Shown one piece after another: positions 27,911 to 41,245 of a stretch of DNA of 64,000 nt. Position 1 is the stretch's first letter, and each line of letters begins with the position of its first letter. The DNA comes from Octopus vulgaris. Its lineage: Eukaryota. The stretch lies in the NCBI GenBank assembly GCA_951406725.2, contig OX597830.1, positions 34,782,001-34,846,000 of the forward strand. The letters are read 5' to 3'. The position numbers and the translations under genes are program-made. The notes under the pieces were generated by a model. It saw only the letters and a list, made by a program, of their open reading frames with translations. It was not told where the DNA came from and searched no databases.

Positions 27911-28933
27911 CCTTTATTATTATTATTATTATTTTTATCTGTGTCTCGATAGAATGTGGGATGGTTTACTACTTTTTAGGATGATGTTTTAATGTGGTAC
28001 TGGTAAGATATTCGGTATCCGCTGATGGGTATAAGCTTAATACGATGGGCACCGGGACCTAAGATATTCGGTATCCGCTGATGATATAATTTCGTCATAT
28101 TCTAATAGCGTTAGGGCCTATTCCTTGTGCTTACCATTCGGGGGGCCATAGACTTCAAAATACGTTACATATTTGTGGTCTGACGTGATCGCTTGTAACA
28201 TATCTATGTGGTCATTTGGAGATAATTCTCCATGTATTAGCAGAGAGTGTGTGTCTTGAAGTCTCATAAACTCCAACAGACATACGCTGCTGCTACTAAC
28301 ATTAGTAGATGCATCAAAGACACAGTTTCTCATTTCTTATTATACATATAAAAAAAAAAAATAGCAGGGTTTTTGAAGCTAATCAAATATGCCAATATTT
28401 CAGAGTATTGATTAAAATTCTGTTTACTTGCATAAACAAAAATAACAAAATTAAGAGAAACCCTTTCTGAATTATTCGTAAACATATTAAATTATGCAAG
28501 TCTTTACAATAATGCAGCAGAAATTATCAAAAGATTTATTGCAAGTGAATTCTTTGTATGCATTCATAGCGTAAACCTACATATGGCAAGTTAATGTTAG
28601 ATAGAAATATTGTCAATATATGAGCATTACATACACAATATATATGTTTCTTCTATTGATTTATTATAACATTCAATGTATTTTTAGATAAATTTAATGA
28701 CAATTTCTATTAAGAGAACCTAATAATAATTTCGAAGAAACAAAACACTTTTCAATGGAATTTTTATCTCATTTTGTATTCATTTACTCCTTATTTTAAG
28801 CTTTACATTAAAATATCCCTTTGTGCTTGTATTTGCTTTTGCCATTGTTTTCATTCGTTTTTTATATTATATATATATATATATATATATTGTAACCTTT
28901 TTGTTCTTAATTTTGTTTGCATATGCTTTTTAG

Positions 28934-28980
<47 letters not shown>

Positions 28981-29785
28981 CATATATATATATGTGTTTG
29001 GTTTATCTAATTAGAAAATTCAATTTTCCAACCTCAATATATTTAACTTTTGTTGAAGGATAAATAATACATCAGTTTTCTATACGCGCCAAAACTGAAG
29101 ATCGTATGTATTAAGTATATACATACACCCATATATATATATATACACCCATACATATATATATATATATAAATATATATATATGTGTGTATGTATGTAT
29201 GTTTATTCACACACATATATATATGTAGGTGCTATATAAAAATATATATATTTATATGTATATATGTGTTAAAGGAAAATACGTACTCGTAGAGTCTGTT
29301 TTAATAGATTTGTTTTGTCGTAGAAACTTTACCGTATAGATGACTCTTTCTATAGCTACTTTCATTGATCAGTGTTGTTTCATTGTCGAGACTGCCAACA
29401 ATATCTAAGGAAGAAATACAATGGCCAGTACCGTTGCTTTTATTCCTTATAATTACTAGAAGTGACATCAATAAGGCCTATACATACATACATACATACA
29501 TACATACATACATACATACATGCATACATACATACATACATACATACATGCACATTTATATAAGTATGTGTGTGAGTGTGCGTGTGTGAATATATATATA
29601 CATATATTTATATAGATACATACATATACATATATAGACATACATACACACACACACATATATATATATGAATATATATATATATACATATATTTATATA
29701 TAAACATACATATACATATATAGACATTTATACACACACATATATATATATACAAACATCATATGTATATATATATATATGCATC

Positions 29786-29854
<69 letters not shown>

Positions 29855-30532
29855 AAGTATATGTAAGTATATAGATATATTTTAGTGTGTGCACCCATAT
29901 ATGCGTATATGTATGACTATGTGAAAGTCGTACGTATTCAGAAAATTGAATGAGAGACGCTTATAATGATGTGTTGGTTTAAAACTCACTTTAAACATTG
30001 TGGTGTTTTCAAGAGTCAATAATATGAGCTAAACTGGAACAATTAATGTTTTTAGCAAAGGCGAACTCTTTAAGTAATATAATGTCATGTTAAATAATAG
30101 AAATCACTAACTATGCTGACAGCTTCAATATTCTATAGATATAAAGACAGTTATTAACATAACTACAACAACAATGTCGTAATAGCTATGTTAATTACAA
30201 ACCGATGTAAGGGATTTTCAATGGGTTTGCTCTAGTTTTCAGGTCCTTATGATTTATTGCTCAGGTGAATAGGACGTTAGTGTACCCTGTTGTATGATAC
30301 GTTCCCGTTTTGTTTTTTCATTGTTTGGTGTGTTCGATATGTTTCTTGGTAAATTTTGAAACCTCTCGTCTTTGGCGCCAATTAAATGTTTTGCGATAGA
30401 TTCAGCTTTTACCAAGATATGTATCACAGTTATGTTCCTTTTAATATAGCTGGCTACTTTGCTACTAACCTTACGTATCTTTCAACATGCCTATCCATCC
30501 ATCCATCCATCCATCCATCCATCCATCCATCC

Positions 30533-30597
<65 letters not shown>

Positions 30598-30699
30598 CCT
30601 ACCTACCTACCTATCTACCTACCTATCTATCTATCTACCTACCTATCTATCAATGCATCCATCCATCTATCCATGTATGTATGTACGTATGTATGTATG

Positions 30700-30756
<57 letters not shown>

Positions 30757-30979
30757 GTGTTTACTTATCAACCGACTAATGTATCTATCTACCTACATAC
30801 CTACCTCCTGACCTACATTTCTGCCTACCTACCTTTCCATTTACCTATCTATTTATTTTACTAGATAATATATATACCTACATATCTATTTATCCACCGA
30901 CTTTGTCTGTCTGTCTGTTTATTTGTCTATCTTCCATTCTATCTGAATGACTTTCTCTCTCTCTCTCGCTTTCTATCTG

Positions 30980-31126
<147 letters not shown>

Positions 31127-31135
31127 GTTTGTCTC

Positions 31136-31290
31136 CAATCCTTTCAGACGCGTCCACCAGATACATTCTTTCGCCATAGCCACAAGGATGATGAAAATAG
31201 CTCTTCCTCAAACGGGAAGGAAGAGCTATTTTCATCATCCTTGTGGCTATGGCGAAAGAATGTATCTGGTGGACGCGTCTGAAAGGATTG
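31136..31290. repeat. Perfect inverted repeat: 73-bp arms, 9-nt loop
   Basis: 31136-31208 is the exact reverse complement of 31218-31290; loop CAAACGGGA. Confidence 0.97.
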
Positions 31291-31902
31291 AAACAAACAC
31301 TTTCCTCTCTGGTCAATCTCTCATCAACTTCTTCAAGTACCACTTGAAAAGGAAAGTGAGAGTAGAGAGGCAAGTTTTGTCTAGCGAATGTTTTAAAAAA
31401 AGATGGGTGAATGTAGCAAGGATGGCACGTATGAATGACGAAGCCACCTTGAGCATAATCCTATGAACCCAGAAATTGAAAACAGAAGGTTACCCACTTG
31501 CAAACAAATGTGGTAACATATAACAATATTGACCAAGGTTACCGTGGTCTTTTTCGTAGGCTTTTCTTCCCACGGATAAACCTTACTTGCTTTCCCCTTT
31601 ACACCATATATCATAACACTGTGATACACGATCCCTATTGATCGTTCCTTTTTTTTCCTCTTCCCCCTTTTTTCCCCTTTTTCTTCTTTTTTTATTTCTC
31701 TTTTCTTTTGTTCCTTTCCCTTTCTTTTTTTTATTTTTATTTTTTATTCTTTTTTTTATTAATTTTTTTTGTTCTTTTCTTCCCTTTTACGATCCCTCTT
31801 GATCGTAAACCTACGCCACCCCCTTTTTTCATCCCCCGAAAGAAAAGCTCTACCTTGTAACTTGTCCCTCTATGTGCAGCCCTGTGTGGCCAATAAAGAA
31901 AC

Positions 31903-31905
<3 letters not shown>
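31209..31905 (+). mobile_element. 5'-truncated L1/Tx1-like LINE (ORF2 C-terminus and pyrimidine-rich 3' UTR)
   Basis: With one frameshift: KREGRAIFIILVAMAKECIWWTRLKGL//NTFLSGQSLINFFKYHLKRKVRVERQVLSSECFKKRWV..* (AK..IW..R ... F..RW motif); ends AATAAAGAAA; (TATC)n on both sides. Confidence 0.75.
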
Positions 31906-31961
<56 letters not shown>

Positions 31962-32041
31962 CCTATCTATCTATCTATTTCTTTCTCTTTCTGTCTGTCT
32001 CTCTCTTCCTCTTTCCCTCCCTCCCTCCCTCTCTCTCGCTT

Positions 32042-32080
<39 letters not shown>

Positions 32081-32124
32081 CTTTCTCTTTCTGTCTGTTT
32101 CCCTCTCTCTTCCCTCCCTCCCTC

Positions 32125-32171
<47 letters not shown>

Positions 32172-32252
32172 AATATTCATGCAAACGTTCTCAGCCGCAC
32201 ATCCACACACAGACACACATGATACTGTTATCATTATTATTGTTGTTTTTGC

Positions 32253-32470
32253 AAGGCTGCGACCTGGCAGAACCGTTAACATGCCGGTCAAAATGTTTAG
32301 CAGCATTTCGTCTGACTTAACATACTGAGTTCAAATTCCGCCGAGATCGACTTTGCTTTTCATCCTTTAGGGGTCGATAAAAGAAGTACCAGTTGTGTAC
32401 TAAGGTCGATGTTATCAACTTATTCCCACCCCCGAAGTTTCAGGTCTTCTACCTATACTAGAAAGGATTA
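32253..32470 (+). mobile_element. Family-A SINE, type-2 tail
   Basis: Head, core and tail ..CAGGTCTTCTACCTATACTAGAAAGGATTATT. Confidence 0.85.
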
Positions 32471-32879
32471 TTATTGTTGCTGTTGTTGTAGCTTCTTCCT
32501 TTTCTTCTTCTTCTTCCAATCAGGACTCACGCCATTAGCCACAAAAAATAATCTTCAATTCAAGCCTACTCTAAGCTACTAAGAATACGTGTGGCAACTT
32601 GAAGATCCACCCACCACACGCGATAGACAGGCGGTTGCACGGGCGCGAAAGCTACGTTGTTATCTTCATTCTGTAAACAGTGGCTTTTAACGGGTGGAAC
32701 CATCCTTGTGTAAAGAGGATTCGCAATCTAGACTAGGGTCTGAAACTTTATCACACCATAGTGGGTTACACCATTGTTCCTTTGCTTTGTGGCAGAAGTA
32801 GGAAGAAAGAGTGAGAGAAAGTTGTGGCGAAAGAGTACAACGGGGTTCACGCCCTCCGCCTGAGCCTCATGGAGCTTAG

Positions 32880-33152
32880 GGATGTAAACACACCAACATC
32901 GGTTGTCAAGGGATGATGGGTGGGGACAAACACAAACACACAAACATACACGCACACATGCACACACACATATATGTATAAATATATACGACGGGCTTAT
33001 TTCAGTTTCCGTCTGCCAAATCCACTCACAAGGCTTTGGTCGGCTCGAGGCGATAGTAGAAAACACTTGCCCAAGTTGCCACGCAGTGGAACTGAACCAG
33101 GAACCATGCGGTTGGTAAGCAAGCTACGTACCGCACAGACACTCCTGCGCCT
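32880..33152 (-). mobile_element. Family-B SINE (3'-truncated)
   Basis: Reverse complement of the head, core and internal microsatellite. Confidence 0.85.
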
Positions 33153-33580
33153 CATTTACTAACAGGAATCATCAGCAATCATAAAGCCTTTTATCACCAG
33201 TTTCTACCATACAACAATAGTTTAATTAAGCAATTTTCTAAGAGTAATTTACTCGCCAGTCTCTAAAGGCCTAATTTTCATTTTTTTTTTCACTGTTAGA
33301 TTTCACATTTTAGTCCTTTATATTTGTATTAGCTGCATTAGATATTACATATCCTTCTCAAAGAGAACTTATTAACCTGTTCTTACTATTGGGCAAACAT
33401 CGATAAGCTCTTTTCACGAACAAATATTTATAGAACGGAAGAAACTGACCAAAGAAACATCAGTTTAGTCAATATTCCTCTAAACATTCAAGTTTTACGG
33501 AAGCATGGGTAACTTAAGACTCAAAATAAGAAAACTCTATCGCTTGAAAGGAACAATTTATCGATAATATCAATTAAATT

Positions 33581-33957
33581 CAGCACGCCGGACAAAATGC
33601 TTGGTATTTCGTCTGCCGTTACTTTCTAAGTTCAAATTTTGCCGATGTCGACTTTGCCTTTCATCCTTTCGGGGTCAATAAATTAAGTACCAGTTACGCA
33701 CTGTGGCCGATATAATCCACTTAATCCGTTTGTCTGTCCTTGTTTGTTCCCTCTGTGTTTAGCCCCTTGTGGAGAGTAAAGAAATAGGTATTTCGTCTGG
33801 CGCTACGTTGTGAGATCAAATTCCGCTGAGGTCGACTTTGCCTTTCATCGTTTCGGGGTCGATAAATTAAGTACCAGTTGCGTACTGTGGTCGATCTAGT
33901 CGACTGCACCCCCACTTCCCCAAAATGTTGGACCTTGTGCCTAGAGTAGAAACGAAT
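33581..33957 (+). mobile_element. Family-A SINE dimer (type-1 unit then type-2 unit)
   Basis: Junction AAAGAAATAGGTATTTCGTCTG at ~33778-33799. Confidence 0.88.
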
Positions 33958-33989
33958 GTAAATTAAATGCAGAGGATTTTACTCGTTGC

Positions 33990-34305
33990 TTAGCGGTTAG
34001 GGGATTTGGCTCTCAATTTGGTTAGGGGATTTGGTTGTGAGTTCGATTGCCGGCAGCAAGTTTTGTCCTTCAGCAAGATACTTTAGTTCATATTACTCAA
34101 GCCAACTTAGCTGGCAAAAGAAAAAATAATAGGGCCAGGTTTCTCACATTCTGTGTCACGCTGAATCTCCGCGAAAACTACAATCAAAGTATGCGTGTTT
34201 GTGGAATACTCAACCGCTTACGCGTTAATTTCACGAGCAAGTAGTTCCCTTGATTGGATCAACTAGCACATTTGTCATCGTCATCGTCAACTGGTGGAGT
34301 GCCAG
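33990..34305 (+). mobile_element. Degenerate family-C SINE
   Basis: Head partly duplicated (GGTTAGGGGATTTGG twice); tail matches 5385-5540. Confidence 0.75.
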
Positions 34306-35010
34306 TTTATTTTTCCAGTCGAGATATTGTTCTTCTAAACACAGCGTGTCAAAGACGACTATTCGTATAAGTCAGTTCTCCCCTTAGATGTTAGGTGAGA
34401 TTTGATAACAATTTCGGAGCTATTTCTAGGAGGTCGTTCAACTCCATAAATCCCCTCCTGTCGGTTGTATATCATAGATTCTTTCTTTATGCGTCCTAAG
34501 TGCTTTAGTAATTGAAGTTTTATTTGTAAGCCGACTATTTCTGTTTGAATAAAAGTAAGTATAGTAGTCAGTAGGTGAGGTGAAATATGAAAGTGTATAA
34601 ATATTAGAATATTCTCCTTGAAAAACCATAATTTCATTTGGAACAAGTAATGATGGTGCTTGCCCGTGTCTAAATTATTCTTTATAGTGTAATAATTAAT
34701 ACATACATGTCTTTAGATAACTACCTTCATCATAATTACTAGCTTCTGAGCTGCCATATTATTAGTTGCAAAAAAAAAAAAACTTTTTAATTATCAATGG
34801 CTTCTGTAATACACTTCAAAAACTGTGTCTTAGCAAAATTGAATGAAAAACCGCTGATTCCATAAATTGATTCCATAAACACTTTCAACAATAATATGTG
34901 TGAGTGTATGTACAGGCATATTTAGATACACATATATACATATGTATGCATCTATCTCTCTCTCCCTCATTCTTTCTCTCTCTCTCGTTCTCTCCCTCTC
35001 TCTCTCTCCC

Positions 35011-35066
<56 letters not shown>

Positions 35067-35221
35067 CATATATATAGGTACATATAATTATATGCATATA
35101 TGTATTCATATATATATACATACATACATACATATATACATATACACACAGGGAGAAATAGAGTCAGAGAGAGAGAGAAAGAGATAGAGTGTCAGACAGA
35201 CAGACTAACCGAAGGATAGAC

Positions 35222-35264
<43 letters not shown>

Positions 35265-35265
35265 C

Positions 35266-35341
<76 letters not shown>

Positions 35342-35846
35342 GGATGGATGGATGGATGGATAGTTAGACAGACAGACAGTGTTTATTTTTATCATCAAGT
35401 GAACAGCCTACTCAAAATTATGTTCTGGACAGGGCTGTTCTCAACTGCAGTATTAGGAAAAAACCGTTGGCAGTATATATAACGGTATGTTGACCTTGGA
35501 TGTGTGTTTTGGTGACTGGGTAGTAGCTGTATCTGTCTTTGAAAACTAATTTAAATTTCCAGAACTTGTAATAGAAAGTTATAGAAGGTGTGTGTAAATG
35601 AATGGGTTGGGGCCACCCTTAGATCTATTTAGGTTTGCAATCAGTAGATATAAATGAAGCTATTAGAGGAAGGTCAAATAATTGAGAATGACCTTTAGAC
35701 TAGTTCAAGCCAGTGGTCTTATTTGATATCGTTAAAAAAGGGTCAAATTATTTTGGACGGGCAATTATACCCGTTCAGTGGCCAATTTTTTTTATATAAC
35801 TAGCTATTGTTAATTGACCAAATGTTTATATATATGTATGTATGTA

Positions 35847-35889
<43 letters not shown>

Positions 35890-36000
35890 AGACAACTTCA
35901 CACACCTATACATACATGCATGCATACATACACACACAACACACGCACGCGCGCAGTTATCTATCTATTGATCTCTGAATTGCAATATAATAACAGCAAC

Positions 36001-36035
<35 letters not shown>

Positions 36036-36384
36036 AAGAAGGAGAAGGAGAAAGAGATTAAAAAAAGAAGTGGTTGTAGTCATGGCGGTAGAAATGACGA
36101 CGACGACGACGAGGAGGAGGAGGAGGAGGAGGAAGATGAGGGGAGGGGGAGCAGAGGGGAATGGAGTGGTGATGACAACGTGGGTGGCCTTTTGGTTTTG
36201 CCATATTTCCATCCGATGAAAAGGACGTTACTAGAAAAGTTACAAGAGTAGGTGTTTCCATGAAACTGCCTGAAATAGAACAAGTTCAGAAAGGAGATGA
36301 AAGTCTACAGGTACACAGTGTACAAAAAAAGATGAGAATATGATGATCATTTATACCTCTTTTGTGCAGGAATTTCACTAACAT

Positions 36385-36547
36385 AGGCGCACGCGTGGCT
36401 GTGTGGTAAGAAGCTTGCTTGCCAACCGCATGGTTCTGGTTTCAGTCCCAGTGCGTGCCACCTTGTGCAAGTGCCTTCTGCTATACCTTCGGGCCGACCA
36501 AAGCCTTGTGAGTTGATTTGGTAGACGGAAACTGAAATAAGCCCGTC

Positions 36548-36642
<95 letters not shown>

Positions 36643-36858
36643 TTTGTGTGTCTGCGTTTTCCCCACCACCACCATTGGTTGACAACCAATCTTGGTATGT
36701 TTACTTCCCTGTAACTTAGCTGTTCGGTAAAAGTTATCGATATAATAAGTACTAGGCTTACAAATAATAAGTCCCAGAGTAGATTTCTTCGACTAAAAGT
36801 CGTGCTCCAACATGGCCGCAGTCAAATGTCTGAAACAAATAAGTGAATAAAAGAGTAA
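36385..36858 (+). mobile_element. Full-length family-B SINE
   Basis: Head, CORE-like block, internal (TA)n(TG)n, tail. Confidence 0.9.
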
Positions 36859-37187
36859 CTTGGGTTACTGAGGGACCCCATGCATCCAAATTTACCCTCA
36901 ACACCAAGGGTATAGGCCCTCTCCCCAAATTTTCTCTTCGTCTTATTGCACTCGAGTAATTCCTTTCATTCAAGCCATTTTTACGACAGTCACCTACATT
37001 TCTGGCAAATTCACTAGATAATTGGGGTTTGAAAGTAAACTTGAAAAGTCGTTCATGGGTTGGCGGAAGAGAAAGATCTCTTGTCGAATATTTTAATTTT
37101 TTCTTAATACATTCTGTATTGTAATAGAAATTGTAAAATACATTTCCAAAGATAAGGCTAGTGGTACGCTTGTATTTACATACAAAA

Positions 37188-37513
37188 GAGCACTCCGTCG
37201 GTTGCGACGACGAGGGTCCCAGCTGATACAATTAACGGAACAGCTTGCTAATGAAATTAACGTGCAATTGGCTGAGCATTCCACAGACACGTGTACCCTT
37301 AACTTACTTCTCGGGGAGATTCAGTGTGTCACATAGAGTGGCAAGGCTTGCCCTTTGAATTACAGGCATTACTCATTTTTGCCAGCTGAGTGGACTGGAG
37401 CAACATAAAATAAAGTGTTTTGCTCAAGGACACGACCCGTCGCAAGAAATTGAACTCACGACCTTACGATCTTGAGCTGAATGCTCCTAACAACAAAGAC
37501 CACGCGCCTTCAC
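37188..37513 (-). mobile_element. Full-length family-C SINE
   Basis: Reverse complement of the family-C head and tail. Confidence 0.88.
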
Positions 37514-38113
37514 ACATTTACATACATACCTACATGTATATGTATATGGATGGTTGTGCGTGTGTGTTGTATGTACAGCACAGTCGATTGCGCACACACA
37601 TACACACACGAAGCCTACACCCATAATTTATATGATGACTGTACACCCAGTGATGTTACACTGAAGTTGTTAATACTAGTGTGATACAGTACAGGCTTGG
37701 ATTTCATATATACATTCATGAATACTTACATATATGCATACTTATATAATTATATATTTATATACATTGACAGACACAGACATAAATATATATATATATA
37801 TATATATATACAAAATGGGACAAGAAAGCAAAACATCGGGACAGCCAGGTGATACAGACAGGGATAACAATTCATCCAGATAGACGATACAAAGAAAACA
37901 AAGACACATCATTCGAAGCCCTCTATCCTCAGTGAAGCACCAGATTATTCTCGCAATTTCGGCTGATTATTCTCGAGATTGCTCCAATCTGGCCAGCCCC
38001 AGGGAAAAACTAAGTTAAGTGCATTAGATTCCTTGGAAGAAAGCAACGAATGTATACAAAAACAAGGACGGAAAAAACAGACAAAATTACAGATATAAAT
38101 ACAATAATAAATA

Positions 38114-38165
<52 letters not shown>

Positions 38166-39008
38166 GCTTGCGCACACACACACTCACATAGTGACATGTA
38201 CATAGACAGAGACAGACACACATGCACGTATATACATATATACATTCACACATACATAGAAAGACTACACACACAAATGTGTGTACGAATGCATACATGA
38301 ATAGTTTATCGCGTTTATTCGTTATTGTTTTTTTTTAAACAGAAACACACGCAAATATTCACATACATACATGCAAATAGATGCACACATTTACACACAC
38401 AAACATACACATGATATAAAAGCAAATGTGGGTGTTCTGTATACGTGAGTATTGTGGTCGGCTACGAAAGCTTGAAAAATAAGGAAGCCAGCAAGCAAGC
38501 AAGCCAGATTTTTAGAAGAGCGAACACACAGACACAGAGCGCTGCGATTTCATTTGTTTTAAAACCGAAAGTGAAAGTACTTAAATTTTAAAAAAGTAAA
38601 ATTCAAATAAATAAACAAATAAATTTAACTGCCGAACAAACAAGGTAATCATTCAATTTGAAAGTCGCTTGCAGACAGCCATCGCTACTTCATACTTAAT
38701 CTGAGATTCGGTTAAGGGAGAAAGGTCTCCTGCTTGACAAAAGCGTCACAAGCTTAATAAGCGATAAACAGCGTTTAACTCTTCGCGGCCCAATGGAAAT
38801 CAATCAATGCTTGCTTTCGCTTTGTTGTTGTTGTTGTTATTGTTGTTTTCACAGCTGCTTTTTTTAAAAAGTTTATTTCAAATTTTATTTTATTTCAACA
38901 AAGCGGAATTCAAAGCAAATAAACATAAACAATTTGTTCGTAAGGGAACACACTCACGACACATTTCACACAGACTGAAATATACCATACATGTGCGCAC
39001 AGATACGC

Positions 39009-39052
<44 letters not shown>

Positions 39053-39647
39053 ACATTTTATAGATATAGATATATACATATATTTATTCATTTACTAATT
39101 GCAGCCCCGGAGTTGTGGCTATGTGTGCGTGTACGTGTGTAAATATATATATATATATATACACGCTCACATAGCTGCACACACAGACACAGACACACAC
39201 ACACACACACACATATATATATGTATATATATATATATACACATATATATGTGCATATATATATATATATGTATATGTATGTGTTTATGTATGCATGTGC
39301 GTGCATGCGTGCGTGTGTGTATACGAGTGTGTGTGTGTGTGTGTGTGTGGATGAATGCTCATACACGTATTGCAGTGTATGTGTAAAGCATCATAAATCA
39401 ACCGACATATCCTCCTACTGAAATAATATAAATCGGTTGAAAGAGGATCTGTTCACAAAAGCGGACATTTAAACATTCTATACAATGATTATCAACAATA
39501 AGAAGCCCCTTTAATAAGCCCCTTTAATAAACACAGGCACACACACACACACACAAACACAGAGACACACACACACACACACACATCACATATATCTTTT
39601 TCTACATACATACACATATATACATACATACATTCATACATACATAA

Positions 39648-39797
39648 GCACAACAGAAGCTGTGTCGTGTGATATTTGTTTCCCAGCCGCGTGGTTTCGA
39701 GCTCTGTCGCATTGCGAGGCACCTTGGGCAAGCATCTTCTGTTATAGCCCCAGGCCGACGAAAGTCACGTGAGTGGATTAGACAAGAACTGAAAGAA
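39648..39797 (+). mobile_element. Degenerate family-B SINE 5' half
   Basis: GGCACCTTGGGCAAGCATCTTCTGTTATAGCCCCAGGCCGAC. Confidence 0.7.
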
Positions 39798-39809
39798 AAG
39801 AACAGATAT

Positions 39810-41172
39810 ATATTTAAGAGATGAGGAATAATGATGGGGAATTATGTACATTATTTACATTCGACGGATATTTGTCCTGATAACGTTTCGGCTGATATAC
39901 CTTCCAGCCTTCTTCAAGTGTCATGAGGAAATTTCAAACCTAAGGTATTTTTCTATGTTGTTGTTGTTGTTGTTCAGGTCACTGCTTGGAATCGAACTCG
40001 GAATCTTGGGGTTAGTAGCCCGCGCTCTTAACCACTACGCTATATGCCCGTGAATTTAGGGTTTATAAATCTAATATTTTTCTATCATTCCTTAATACGG
40101 GTTCCAATATGCTGCTCATATCAGCACTCGGTCTGCTTAGGAGGTTGTTGTGTCCTAGCATATGTGCTGCTTCTTTTAGTTTTCGTATTTTCCACTGGTA
40201 TTCTCTGTATATTATTTAACTTCATCCCACAGGGGGATGTGGTCTCTGTTTTTCCATACATGATCAGCTATACCCGATTTATCAATATCTCCTCGTGTCA
40301 CAGCTTTGCGATGTCCCTCTAAACTTATTTTGAGCGGGTGGCATGTTTCGCCTTTGTATAATCTATCACAGCTGCATGGTATGGAATACATGCAGTCTTA
40401 TGTTATATTATCTTCTATTGGTGGTTTACTCGAAGGAGCTATTTGCGAAGTATTGTATTACACTTGAATACTGTCCTGATGTCATTATGGGCCGTATATT
40501 TCGGAGATGCCTTTCACATAGGGTAGACAACTGTGAACACTTTTTATTGGCCTCATCATCTCTCTTCTTTATAACTGGAGTGGATAGTATACTTTTGGGG
40601 TAGTTGTTACTTAACAGATCATTATTGAGCTTGATCATTTCTTCGTGGTGTGTATCACGATCGCTACTTATATTCTTTGATCGATGTTTTAGGCACTGAG
40701 CAATCCCTCTCTTTACAATGTACAGATGGTGGGAATTGAAGTTGAGGCATCGTCCAGTAAAGGTCGGCTTGCGGTATACGGATGTCCTGAATCCATACTT
40801 GGTGCGTGTTATTAATACGTCCGGGAATGCTAGCTGATTGTCTTTTACCTTTTCCATTGTAAACTGTATGGATGGCTTTATTGAGTTCACATGATCTAAC
40901 AGCACATGGACATCTTCCTGGTGGGACCAGAGTATAAAGGTGTCATCAACATATCGCAGCCATAGTATTGGTTTTAGTGGTGTTGATCCTAAAGCCAAAT
41001 TCTCAAAGTATTTCATGTATATATGGGTTATTATCGGTGATAATGGCGAATCCATAGCTAAACCCTCCTCTTGTCGATATATATCAGTGTCCATACTGAA
41101 GTAGGAAGTTTCTTCACAGAAGGTCAACATTTCGATCAAGTTCCTTATTAGTATACTAGTGCGTTCTTTTAG
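39810..41172 (-). mobile_element. Penelope-like element, 3' part: RT, GIY-YIG endonuclease and terminal repeat (decayed)
   Basis: RT: YRQEEGLAMDSPLSP..WLRYVDDTF..IQFTME..YRKPTFTG..LNFNSHH (40426-41139). After frameshift/stop: DCMYSIPCSCDRLYKGETCHPLKISLEGHRKAV..SGIADHVW (~40230-40400). Terminal repeat 39810-40070. Confidence 0.93.
39976..40049 (-). other. tRNA-derived (Pol III A/B box) segment inside the Penelope terminal region; not a functional tRNA
   Basis: GGGCATA-TAGCGTAGTGG-TTAAGAGCGCGGGCTACTAACCCCAAGATTCC-GAGTTCGATTCC-AAGCAGTGACCT; acceptor and T stems pair poorly. Confidence 0.75.
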
Positions 41173-41182
41173 ATGGGTGCCA

Positions 41183-41242
<60 letters not shown>

Positions 41243-41245
<3 letters not shown>

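Noticed and set aside
28004-28083. Two identical 24-bp direct repeats (TAAGATATTCGGTATCCGCTGATG) with a 32-bp spacer, superficially CRISPR-like
   Set aside because: Only two repeats, no cas genes, eukaryotic context. More likely a small tandem duplication, possibly of a decayed hammerhead (CTGATG..) lacking GAAA.
36080-36290. Strong minus-strand acceptor (ttgttctatttcAG at ~36270)
   Set aside because: Phase-0 frame stops quickly; other frames run into microsatellite with no donor.
36758-37231. 157-aa minus-strand ORF
   Set aside because: Starts and ends inside SINEs; the middle has no recognisable domain or clear splice sites.
39976-40049. Functional tRNA gene
   Set aside because: Acceptor and T stems do not pair properly and it lies within a retroelement terminus; treated as tRNA-derived.
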